Origin: Bacteroidia bacterium
GTDB taxonomy: Bacteria > Bacteroidota > Bacteroidia > Cytophagales > JAAEPT01
Length of the DNA stretch: 64,000 nt
Assembly: GCA_030431525.1 (NCBI GenBank)
Contig: JAUIJC010000001.1
Span: 5,901 to 69,900 of the forward strand
Direction of reading: 5' to 3'
Within the stretch, counting starts at the first letter, position 1, and every line of letters starts with the position of its first letter. The notes below the pieces were generated by a model that was not told the origin of the DNA, ran no database searches, and was given only the letters and a program-made list of their open reading frames with translations. The position numbers were made by a program, and so were the translations under genes. Shown here piece by piece: positions 27,501-35,269 of this stretch.

Positions 27501-30093
27501 TTTGGGTATTCACCAAGAATTTGAAGTTGCCGAAGCTGATGATGTTGTCCCCATCCAAAAAGAGCTCCTGCTTGTCCTTGAGCTGGCGCAGGGCATCCTC
27601 CTTGATGGTTTTCAAACGGGACTGCAAATCATCCGCCTTCACGGAATCCTCCAAGGCCACCAATTCTTTGATGATGCCACGCACCTTGTCAATCATCAAA
27701 TCGGAAGCGAAATAACCGTTGATTTCGCTGACGCTTTTCAGGCTTTCCGCCTTGGATTTGGCAGACTTCAAGATGCGAATGGCCGACTGCTGAAGGACAT
27801 TGGTCCGCTTGCTACGGGCTTCCGCCAATTGGACTTTCTTGCTCTCAAAAGCGCTGTAGATTTCCTCGCGCTGGGTGGCAATCTTGTCCAAGAAATCATC
27901 GAACTCGGCAAACTTCCCTTCCAACTCCTCCAACTGCACCATGAGCTTGGTGAGGTATTCCTCACACTTTTCTGGCTTGTCGCAGAGGTCCAAGAAGTTG
28001 ACCACGCTTTGCCCAATCAGTTTCAACTGGGCGTTGAATTCCGCCTTTCCTTCGACACCCGCCAGCTCCTTGCGCTTGTTTTTCAGTCGCGCACGAATCT
28101 GGTTGAACGAGGAATAGATTTCGGAAATGCTGTCGATGATTTGTGTGGTTTTGGTCGCATCCTCAATCTTGAGGTTGCCCACAATCTCAATCAACATTTC
28201 CAGCTCCTTGGCGGTCTGGTTGATGTTTTCCTCCACCTTGTTGGCATCCACCACCTTGGTGAGCCCTTCGATGGAGCCGTCAATCTCCCCTACTTTGGTG
28301 CGGTAAGGCGCCAAGGCCTCATCCTTGGTCAAGAACTTGACACAGCCCTCCGACAATTCATTGCCCAGCCCTTCGAGCTTTTCCTCATAGGATTCCACCA
28401 ACTCGGTATCCACATAGCGAAGCTCCTTGAGAGAAATAACTTCACCTCGAAGTCCACGCAAGCGCGAGAGGTAGCCAACAAACTCATCAATATGCTTGGG
28501 CACCTGACGACTGATTTCCGCCATCAAAGCATCCGCATCGGCAGTAACATTCGCCACGGCCTCGGCTGTGCTTCGACGAAGGCGCACCACTTTCTCGAAC
28601 TCATCAATGGCCGAAGAAGCGGACTGCTTGATTTCGCCCAATGGCTCAGACAACTGATAGGCATCTGGCTCATTAATCCAGTAATAGGCATCAAGAATGT
28701 CAGTGGACTTCTTCATCAAGTCCAGATACAGTCCTTGATAGCCGTCATCCTTTCCGAGCAAGCCCAAAATCTCATGGCACTCGGCCATGGCTTTTACGAT
28801 GTCCCTGTTGCCAATTTTATAGAGCAGGGAATCATCTTCCGTTCCGAAATCATAATCGGCATCGACAAATGGCGTTTGCCAAATCTGGATGGCATGGGTT
28901 TTCTTAGGCTCCTGATCCGCCTTGAAATAGCACATCTCTCCATTGCCAAAAATGGAGAAACCATGACAAGTCAACGGATTTTCAACGCTCTGATTAATCA
29001 GGTTGTAAGAGAGCATGAGGTAAAGCCCCTGCTCCCGATTGTAGAACACATAGGCGTAATCCTCACCGTTTGGCGAGGAAATCCGCTGTTCAAAAAGCAT
29101 ATCCTTCAACTGGATATCGAACAGCTTGTATTCTCCCGTTTGGAGATAATACCCATTCGGGAAAATCAAACCGTGGTCCTGTGGGAGCAATACACAAGAA
29201 TCCGCAATGGCGTCAATGCGCTGGGCCTCCTGCAACTTCTCGTTATAAACGATATAGCGAAACTCATTCTCCTGATACGGCTTTACCTTCAAGAGAATCA
29301 AGTTGCCGACGATGGCAAAATGGATTTCGGCATCATCCAAGGTTTGGTCCTTGTTGGCCACAGGCTCGGAGAAAATGCCTTTGCCTGTCTTGGTATTGTC
29401 CTCAACCTTGATGGTCAAATCCCCGCCAATGGTCTCCACAAAAATCCTGTCGGCAATGGAGATATGAGGGTGCGCCCCTTCCCTGTGCATATCGCGGGAA
29501 GTGCGTTTCCACTCAAATTCATGCTGACGTGGGAAATCATATTCGTGCTCGCTCCGCCCGTCAATGTATGAAAGCCCACCCTCAGTCATTAACCACTTGA
29601 AGACCTTAAGGTCGGAAACAGATTTCCCCACTTGGAAAACCATATACAAGTGGGCTCCGCGAACGGCAAACTTTACGAAACGGGCTTCCTTGTAATAGCG
29701 GTAAAGATTTTTGAAATCATCCAAAAAGGTCTCGTCCTCCAACACGGAAAGATCCAACGGATGAAAGCTCTGCTCCCTGTATTCAAAAACGCTGAACACA
29801 TCGGCCAATCGAATCTCATTCCTCAGCCCGATTTGGACGTTATAGCCAAAAATGAAGTGCCCACCTACGGGCACCATGTCCCAAGGCACGCAATTGTTCT
29901 CCGTGGTCACCCGATCCGTCCCAAGAAGCTGAGACTCGATGGAACCAAACACCTCCTTTCGGGAAGTGTTCAATTCGTTCAGGCGTTGGCGCAACTCATC
30001 GCCGTGTTTATTCAGGCGGGATTTCAATACCTCGTAGGTACCGCCTTCAAGTTGAGTTGGAGTTTCTATATGTTGAGTTTCGTTGGTGTTCAT
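24574..30093 (-). CDS. giant multidomain AAA+ ATPase (~1840 aa) with extensive coiled coils
   Basis: Walker A ISPPGYGKTTL, Walker B MIYLDDIQ and an AAA_5/MoxR-Lon-like core, with an N-terminal beta-rich region and >600 aa of coiled coil. ORF extends to 30168, but those 25 codons are encoded by the repeat element. The MNTNETQ ATG at 30093 is preferred. Confidence 0.7.
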   Translation of the reverse strand: MNTNETQHIETPTQLEGGTYEVLKSRLNKHGDELRQRLNELNTSRKEVFGSIESQLLGTDRVTTENNCVPWDMVPVGGHFIFGYNVQIGLRNEIRLADVFSVFEYREQSFHPLDLSVLEDETFLDDFKNLYRYYKEARFVKFAVRGAHLYMVFQVGKSVSDLKVFKWLMTEGGLSYIDGRSEHEYDFPRQHEFEWKRTSRDMHREGAHPHISIADRIFVETIGGDLTIKVEDNTKTGKGIFSEPVANKDQTLDDAEIHFAIVGNLILLKVKPYQENEFRYIVYNEKLQEAQRIDAIADSCVLLPQDHGLIFPNGYYLQTGEYKLFDIQLKDMLFEQRISSPNGEDYAYVFYNREQGLYLMLSYNLINQSVENPLTCHGFSIFGNGEMCYFKADQEPKKTHAIQIWQTPFVDADYDFGTEDDSLLYKIGNRDIVKAMAECHEILGLLGKDDGYQGLYLDLMKKSTDILDAYYWINEPDAYQLSEPLGEIKQSASSAIDEFEKVVRLRRSTAEAVANVTADADALMAEISRQVPKHIDEFVGYLSRLRGLRGEVISLKELRYVDTELVESYEEKLEGLGNELSEGCVKFLTKDEALAPYRTKVGEIDGSIEGLTKVVDANKVEENINQTAKELEMLIEIVGNLKIEDATKTTQIIDSISEIYSSFNQIRARLKNKRKELAGVEGKAEFNAQLKLIGQSVVNFLDLCDKPEKCEEYLTKLMVQLEELEGKFAEFDDFLDKIATQREEIYSAFESKKVQLAEARSKRTNVLQQSAIRILKSAKSKAESLKSVSEINGYFASDLMIDKVRGIIKELVALEDSVKADDLQSRLKTIKEDALRQLKDKQELFLDGDNIISFGNFKFLVNTQTPALSMVNRDGGLFYHLAGTNFFEQVTEEALVSDKALWEQSLVSENDQVYRAEYLAYQVLEHAGEGEVPNLEQLHNLTQKELVAVVQKFMAVRYNEGYVKGVHDHDTAIILGALVEITIEAKLLKYSPAIRSLAKAFWLYGEDERKAELEKQVQGAGLVLQAFPNSKEFEGLKAELAEAINDFANASSLFDTSNVQDSSAYLFEELTQGATEFVTMGKAGLFHDDFLSFLQDQHVKPAFEESLNRLEGNFEGQFGLLRQWLRAFDSSRDHESAEAYIDETALLLLETGQPKELHHLETTRVLDGLQGSHKLLDSQQYALDFYAFPEKLSQYALNHVPRYEAFLEAKKTCIKEFEDNMKLNEFKPRVMSSFVRNKLIDKLYLPLIGANLAKQMGTAGENKRTDQMGLLLLISPPGYGKTTLMEYVANRLGIVFMKINGPALGHEVTSVDPSSANNAGAKEELKKLNLAFEMGDNVMIYLDDIQHCHPEFLQKFISLCDGQRKIEGVYKGRPKTYDFRGRKVAVVMAGNPYTESGDKFQIPDMLANRADIYNLGDIIGDSADVFKLSYLENSLTSNPVLNKLSGKSKSDLYGLIKIAETGSQDGIEFEANHSVEEINEYVNVLKKMLTVRDVILRVNLEYIKSASQNDAYRTEPPFKLQGSYRNMNKIVEKVLPVMNDKELDELIMSHYEGESQTLTTGAEANLLKFKEMVGWITDEEKQRWADIKDTFVRNNKLNSLGAGNEMGQVLIQLEELSQGLGAIAKNLADKPKQLPEVVKKEEPKPLPVEVKVEQAPSAPAPELLEVLKRLGDNQERITSEIIRQKELQDKRINHEQEVQEKRLKEAEERKFLVQKALQEEETKLEALRTQIAVTVTEKGFSEENNMGFITYEFAFENKTDKALQGFSGTVEFCDEFGENIHQLDLSFDEGLEPNSACTWSAQMAYNKFLDRDILLKSKALEELEVVWKPKKVVYGQEVD

Positions 30094-30118
30094 AGTATTC
30101 AAGTATTTTTCATCTGAA

Positions 30119-30224
30119 CCCCTCTCTGTCATTCTGACGAAGGAAGAATCTGATAAAAAGAAAAACAATGTTGTCAGCCAGTTCCTTCGCTAACGCTCAG
30201 GATGACAGCCTGTAGTTCAGACCA
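30119..30224. repeat. ~100-bp direct repeat, copy 1 (flanks GIY-YIG gene)
   Basis: cccctctctgtcattctgacgaaggaagaatctg...gttccttcgctaacgctcaggatgacagcctgtagttcagacca. It is internally an imperfect inverted repeat and aligns to copy 2 along its length. Confidence 0.75.
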
Positions 30225-30242
30225 CTTTGTTTGACAAAGCTA

Positions 30243-30548
30243 TTACTGCCCTATTTCCTCATTCAAAAAATCCCATCGGGGATTAAACTCGTTGATCAAC
30301 GCCTCTTTCTTTCGTCTCACCCAACCTTTGATTTCCTTTTCTCTGGCGATGGCATCATTGACATATTGAAAGGTTTCCCAATAAATCAGGTTGTAGCAGA
30401 AGTACTTCCCTGCAAAAGATTTTTTTGACTCCATGTTGTCGGCTAAGTGTTCCTCCATTCGTCTTCTCAAGTCATTGGTCACTCCTGTATAAAGGACTGT
30501 TTTCTTTGGGTTCGTGGTGATGTAGACGAAATAACAATGCTTGTTCAT
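30243..30548 (-). CDS. GIY-YIG nuclease family protein (UPF0213/YhbQ-like)
   Basis: CYFVYITTNPKKTVLYTGVTNDLRRRMEEH carries the GIY-(10-11)-YTG motif plus an Arg and Glu in the right spacing. 101 aa. Confidence 0.8.
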   Translation of the reverse strand: MNKHCYFVYITTNPKKTVLYTGVTNDLRRRMEEHLADNMESKKSFAGKYFCYNLIYWETFQYVNDAIAREKEIKGWVRRKKEALINEFNPRWDFLNEEIGQ

Positions 30549-30597
30549 TGTTGAAAAAATTTTCGTTTTGAGACTCTTTTAAACTCCACTTAGCAAA

Positions 30598-30691
30598 CTC
30601 CCTCCTGTCCTTCTGACGAAGGAAGAATCTGGCAAAGATTTTCAATCAGTTCCTTCATTACACTCAGGATAACAGCCCAGATTTTAGACCA
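30598..30691. repeat. ~100-bp direct repeat, copy 2 (flanks GIY-YIG gene)
   Basis: ctccctcctgtccttctgacgaaggaagaatctg...gttccttcattacactcaggataacagcccagattttagacca. Same orientation as copy 1, ~80% identity by eye with one ~11-bp indel. Confidence 0.75.
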
Positions 30692-30881
30692 TAGAACCAG
30701 AACCCTTTAACTCAAAGACAAGAAATAGAATGACCATTAGGTAAATGAGAATTCCAGTAATGATATAGACCACCATTTTAGAATCCTTCTTTGCGTAATA
30801 CCCGAAAGTAAGGCAGTGAAATACAGTAGAACTTAACTCTCCAAGGGTCAAAACCACTTCCAAAACTAATTCTAACACCAC
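30684..30881 (-). CDS. possible small hydrophobic protein (65 aa)
   Basis: ORF with two hydrophobic segments. Lies between the flotillin terminator and repeat copy 2. Weak call. Confidence 0.2.
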   Translation of the reverse strand: MVLELVLEVVLTLGELSSTVFHCLTFGYYAKKDSKMVVYIITGILIYLMVILFLVFELKGSGSMV

Positions 30882-30902
30882 CGAGCTATTGGGGAAAGAC
30901 CT

Positions 30903-30931
30903 TTAAAAAAAGGGCAAGTTTCCCTGCCCTT
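30903..30931 (-). terminator. intrinsic terminator after flotillin gene
   Basis: On the minus strand, AGGGCAgggaaacTTGCCCT followed by TTTTTTT, 25 bp past the stop codon. Confidence 0.55.
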
Positions 30932-30955
30932 TTCTCATCATCACAAATCAAACGA

Positions 30956-33082
30956 TTAAAGCAATCCTAGGCTTCCAACCGTTTTGTCGGCGACTCCCAT
31001 GACGTTAGCGATGTTAGCGAGGCGACCGATGGAGGCCTGCATGTCGCTATCGTTGGTGTAGTCGGTTGACATTTTATTGAGCAAGTTGGCTACGCTGAGG
31101 TTGCGAACATCCTCGGTGTTCATGCCGAACTGATCCACAAACTTGTGGAGGTTTTCCTTGAACGAGGAACCGTCCGAAGTGTCGAACAAAGCGTCACGCA
31201 CTTGCGAGAGCGACTTCGAGTTGTCCATAAGTCCCTCGATTTGCTTGCCTTTGCCGATGGCTCCAGTGATGCGGTCGAAGAACTGCTGTTCGCCACCCAC
31301 GATGTCGATTTTGGCCGATTTGAGGGCCTCTGCCAACACGCTTGCTTGAGCGGAAGCGACTTTCTCCTGAATGGAGATTTGCGCCAACTCGATTTTGGTG
31401 TCCTTCTCCAAACGAAGCTTGAACTCTTCGTGGTCGCGACCAACACCATCCAATTTCTGCATGGCATTCGCCTTTTCCTCGATACCCTTCGCTTCGGCGA
31501 GGTACTTCTCGGAAGCGATTTTGGCTTCCACCAAACCTTTTTTCTCTTCGGCTTCGGCTTTGGCGTCGATGCCTTTTGCTTCGGCAAGCGCTTTCTTCTC
31601 CAAGATAGATGCCTCTGCAGCACCTTCCTTTTCGAGTGCGGCAGCCTTGGCTTCCATTACTTGTGCTTCAGCCAATCCGCTTGCAGCGGCCTGTTTCGCT
31701 TCAGCTTCTGCCAAGATTTTAATGGCTTCTGCTTTCTTATCGGCGGCAAGCTTTTCAGCCTCAGCCTCAATTTGCAATTGCTTGGCCTTGAATTCAGCAG
31801 ATACTTTCTGTGCCTCAGCTTCCTTCGTCTGACGGAGCAATGCCTCTTGTGCATGCATTTCTGCCTCAATCAATTTGGCCTGCTTCTCACGGTCGGCCTC
31901 AGCCACCAAGCGGGTTTCCTTGATTTTCTCCTCTTCCTCAACTACTGCCTTCTCGACAATCACACGCTCACGGATGACGTCTTGAATTTGCTTGCGCTCC
32001 TCTTCAAGAGCTTTCTCCTTTTCAATGTTCGCCAACTCAACAATGCGCTCACGCTCGGTTTGCTCCAATTGCTGGTCTTTTTGAACGCGCTCAGTCTCAA
32101 TGGCCAAGGTGCGCTCCTTGTTCTTCTCAGCAACCAACACCTGACGGCGTTTGTTTTCCTCAGCTACCTCGATTTCCTCTTGAGTGGAAATTCGAGCCCT
32201 TTCAGATTTCAGACGCTCTTCCTCACGGACCTTTTGCGTTTCTGCACGCTCACGAGCACGAATGGATTCAACCTCACGGAGTTGCTTCTCCTCCTTTTCA
32301 GCCATTTGGCGTTCAAGCTCCAAGATGGTCTCACGAGCCTCAACATCTTGCTTCTTGATGGTTTGGGTCTTTTGGTTCTGCACCAAATTGGCCTCCATCT
32401 TTTCCTTGGCTGTCAGCGTAATAATCTTCTTGATACCCTCAGCATCCAAGATGTTGTTCTCATCAAGGCTTGTGATTGGCGTCTGCTCCAAGGAGTCAAT
32501 AGCGCAGTCATCCAACACATAACCATTCAAGTCTGTACCGATAATCTGAAGAATCTCAGACTTGAAGGCATCACGAGAGTTATACAACTCCACGAAATCA
32601 AAGTGTTTACCAACAGTTTTGAGCGCCTCAGAGAACTTCGCGTCAAACAGGGCAACCAATGATTGTTGCTCGGAAGCACGCGCACAACCGATTGACTGAG
32701 CCACCTTGATAACATCCTGCTCCGTCTGGTTGACACGAACAAAGAAGTTCACCTGAATGTCCGCCCTCATATTGTCTTTACAAATGAGACCTTCCTTTCC
32801 CTCTCGGGAGATGGTAATTTTCTTGACAGTGATGTCCATCTTTTCCAGCTTGTGAATCACTGGAACAACCAACATCCCTGAGAAGGATACCTTTGAACCT
32901 CCCATTCCGGTCTTCACCAAGGCCTGACCTTGGGAGGCTTTATTGTACATCTTCACGAAGAAGGCCACCAAACCGATGAGGAAAATGACTCCTCCCACGG
33001 TAATCGCCATCGCCGCTTGACTAAACAACGAACTTTGTAACAACATAAAATGTGTGTGATAAATATTAAACAGGTATTGCAC
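30956..33082 (-). CDS. flotillin/SPFH (Band 7) family protein, YqiK-like
   Basis: N-terminal TM anchor, an SPFH domain (ISREGKEGLICKDNMRADIQVNFFVRV...) and a long A/E/K-rich coiled-coil with AEAKGI(D/E)xKA tandem repeats. Start may be 33046 or 33010. Confidence 0.8.
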   Translation of the reverse strand: MQYLFNIYHTHFMLLQSSLFSQAAMAITVGGVIFLIGLVAFFVKMYNKASQGQALVKTGMGGSKVSFSGMLVVPVIHKLEKMDITVKKITISREGKEGLICKDNMRADIQVNFFVRVNQTEQDVIKVAQSIGCARASEQQSLVALFDAKFSEALKTVGKHFDFVELYNSRDAFKSEILQIIGTDLNGYVLDDCAIDSLEQTPITSLDENNILDAEGIKKIITLTAKEKMEANLVQNQKTQTIKKQDVEARETILELERQMAEKEEKQLREVESIRARERAETQKVREEERLKSERARISTQEEIEVAEENKRRQVLVAEKNKERTLAIETERVQKDQQLEQTERERIVELANIEKEKALEEERKQIQDVIRERVIVEKAVVEEEEKIKETRLVAEADREKQAKLIEAEMHAQEALLRQTKEAEAQKVSAEFKAKQLQIEAEAEKLAADKKAEAIKILAEAEAKQAAASGLAEAQVMEAKAAALEKEGAAEASILEKKALAEAKGIDAKAEAEEKKGLVEAKIASEKYLAEAKGIEEKANAMQKLDGVGRDHEEFKLRLEKDTKIELAQISIQEKVASAQASVLAEALKSAKIDIVGGEQQFFDRITGAIGKGKQIEGLMDNSKSLSQVRDALFDTSDGSSFKENLHKFVDQFGMNTEDVRNLSVANLLNKMSTDYTNDSDMQASIGRLANIANVMGVADKTVGSLGLL

Positions 33083-33088
33083 TCAAGG

Positions 33089-33742
33089 TTAGATGCCTTG
33101 ATAAGGCTCCACAATATAACATTGGAGCGCCTCATTAAATTCTATTACCAATCCCTGTTCTCCTTTTTGCAAGGACTTGCCTTCGGGAGATTTCGCGTTG
33201 ATAATATAACTTCCTTTAGCATCGATGGTCACTTGCCCAATACGTGAACTGCTTAGGGGCAAGCTTGCAACGCAAATCTTCCCAATTGGATTAAACTTGT
33301 CCTCTTCGCTTTCCTCCATTTTTCGGAACAATACCACAAAGGGCATTGTGCAAAATTTGGCGATAAACAGGCTTACAAAAAAGTATCCTGACAATGCCAA
33401 AATCCCGATTAAGATGGAATCAATGCCCAAATAATGGTTTCCTACTATCGCCATAAACCAAAAAGGCAAAGCGAGAAAAGTCATGAAAACCATGAAAGGC
33501 ACCTTTCCAAGATTAAAGAAGGAAAGTACAGACAAATAGAAAGGAACATCCGTTCCCGCCTCCACACTTAAATCCACCTCAATCTCCACATCGGCCTCGC
33601 CGTCCGCTTCCACATCAAAATCAAGGAAGCCCATATCAAGGGCGCCGAGCATTACAGTAAACCAATAAATTACAACCAGTAGAATCATACCAGTTGGCAG
33701 GACATTTACTCCTGAAAATGCGGCGTGGAGAAGTTCGTTCAT
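33089..33742 (-). CDS. NfeD/YqiJ-like membrane protein
   Basis: N-terminal TM helices plus a C-terminal OB-fold-like segment (IGKICVASLPL...GQVTIDAKGSYIINAKS...GEQGLVIEF). It is immediately upstream of the flotillin gene, the conserved NfeD-SPFH arrangement. Confidence 0.6.
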   Translation of the reverse strand: MNELLHAAFSGVNVLPTGMILLVVIYWFTVMLGALDMGFLDFDVEADGEADVEIEVDLSVEAGTDVPFYLSVLSFFNLGKVPFMVFMTFLALPFWFMAIVGNHYLGIDSILIGILALSGYFFVSLFIAKFCTMPFVVLFRKMEESEEDKFNPIGKICVASLPLSSSRIGQVTIDAKGSYIINAKSPEGKSLQKGEQGLVIEFNEALQCYIVEPYQGI

Positions 33743-33789
33743 AGGCGATTTAAGCTATTGGAAACACATTATTTCTTACAATTTGACAT

Positions 33790-33835
33790 AAAAAAGTCCA
33801 GTAGACCGCCGGTGTTCCCAACGGAATACTGGACT
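33790..33835 (-). terminator. terminator/attenuator between pspA-like and yqiJ-like genes
   Basis: On the minus strand, AGTCCAGTA-(22 nt containing an inner CCG...CGG)-TACTGGACT followed by TTTTTTA. Confidence 0.5.
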
Positions 33836-33849
33836 ATACTTATAGCGGA

Positions 33850-34575
33850 TTAGATGCTGGAGTCAGCAGCTTTACCACCATTCATTTTAGCTTTCAAAGC
33901 AGCCAACGCATCAGATGCAGCGGCTTGAGGCTCATCCTTCAACGCAGAATCGATTTCCTCGTCAACAGAACGGTTCTCATTAGCGATGTCGCCGTAGGCT
34001 TCAGCCAAAGACTCCTCCTCGGCAACTTTGTCCTTCATGCGCTCCAACATGGAGATCGTGCTTGAAGAATCGATTTGAGCCATCTGCTTGTTGAGGTTCT
34101 TGGTGGTTGAAGCCACCTTCTGACGAGCCTTCAAGGTCTTGAGCTCGTTCTCCCACTTGCTGATGTTATGGCGAAGGGTGCGAACGTTACCTTCCAATTT
34201 CTCTAACTGCTTGTCGAAGTGAGCAACCTCTTTGGACAAACGAGCAGTGTGTTCGTCACACTCTTGCTTTTTCAACAAGGCGTCACCGGCCAAACGGTCG
34301 GCATCAGCAGCAGTCATCCCTCCGGCCTCAGCCTTCTGAAGGATTTGCATCGCCTTGCGCTCGTAGTCAGCACCTTTGTTTTTATAGCTGCTCAAATCGT
34401 TTTTTGAGCGGATAGCCAACGCTTTTACTTCAGCCAAGGCGTGAAGCGCCTTGTCCAAGTCAGCTTTCATATCACGGATGCCCTGTTCGGTCATCTTGAT
34501 TGGGTTCTCTAGGGCGTCAATCGCAGAGTGTGCTTCAGCCTGACCCACTTTGAATATTCTTTTGAAAATGTTCAT
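33850..34575 (-). CDS. pspA: PspA/IM30 (Vipp1) family protein
   Basis: MNIFKRIFKVGQAEAHSAIDALENPIKMTEQGIRDMKADLDKA... is a canonical PspA/IM30 N-terminus. The protein is predicted entirely coiled coil. Confidence 0.85.
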   Translation of the reverse strand: MNIFKRIFKVGQAEAHSAIDALENPIKMTEQGIRDMKADLDKALHALAEVKALAIRSKNDLSSYKNKGADYERKAMQILQKAEAGGMTAADADRLAGDALLKKQECDEHTARLSKEVAHFDKQLEKLEGNVRTLRHNISKWENELKTLKARQKVASTTKNLNKQMAQIDSSSTISMLERMKDKVAEEESLAEAYGDIANENRSVDEEIDSALKDEPQAAASDALAALKAKMNGGKAADSSI

Positions 34576-34604
34576 AAGTCTAAATGTTTAGAAGTTTAAA
34601 CTGC

Positions 34605-35009
34605 TTAGGCAGTCACTTGTGAAAATTTAATCATCTCGTCGGCGTACTCGCTCAACAAGAGGCTCAGGGAATTGATGGAACCTTCCAACTCATTAAGGTC
34701 AAGGTTTTCCAATTGGAGAGTGTCCCTGAAGATGACTTTACGACCAGAATCGTCCAATACAAAGGCGCCGTGGATAATATCCCTGTTCTTCTGAAGAAGC
34801 TGTTTCAATACTGACGCGTCTGCATCGTCGCTCAAATCAAAAAGGTACTGCTCAATGATCAACAATGGATCTGCACAACCCAACACTAAGTTGGAAATAC
34901 CTTCATCTTCTTTGCTGACGACTAATACTTCGTCATTTTCATCTTCCAAAACGATATTGTACTCCAATTCGAGCACGTAATCCTTAACCTTTGAAAAGTT
35001 ATCTTTCAT
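34605..35009 (-). CDS. PspA-associated small acidic protein (possibly YjfI/DUF2170-like)
   Basis: 134-aa acidic ORF directly upstream of the pspA-like gene, mirroring the E. coli yjfI-yjfJ arrangement. No sequence verification. Confidence 0.35.
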   Translation of the reverse strand: MKDNFSKVKDYVLELEYNIVLEDENDEVLVVSKEDEGISNLVLGCADPLLIIEQYLFDLSDDADASVLKQLLQKNRDIIHGAFVLDDSGRKVIFRDTLQLENLDLNELEGSINSLSLLLSEYADEMIKFSQVTA

Positions 35010-35269
35010 GGTTTAAAAGTTGTTGTTTAAAGTTCTTCGACCAAGTTAGAAATTCTCTGACAACAAGGCTTACCTTGCAGGACAATTTGCCAAGATTTTC
35101 TTCCTTGGTCGCCCCCAGACAATTTCCTGAGTGAAAAGCTGGGGGGCTACGGTGGATGGATGGACCTGTTCATAGGCGTCATGGGTTAGTGGTTTGCTTG
35201 CCGTCAACAATACAAACGTACTAACCTTTTGAGAGGTTCCAAAATTTTTAGCAAAAAAAATTTAGCAAC

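Noticed and set aside
27502-29571. 689-aa plus-strand ORF
   Set aside because: Lies entirely antisense within the giant AAA gene. The Leu/Ile-rich composition is typical of an antisense frame of a coiled-coil gene, and there is no motif or upstream signal.
30094-30168. First 25 codons of the giant ORF (MFFFLSDSSFVRMTERGSDEKYLNT)
   Set aside because: Encoded by repeat copy 1 of the GIY-YIG element, and the downstream ATG at 30093 (MNTNETQ) is more plausible. Kept only as an alternative start.
31145-32662. 505-aa plus-strand ORF
   Set aside because: Antisense to the flotillin coiled-coil region. It is a low-complexity repeat artefact.
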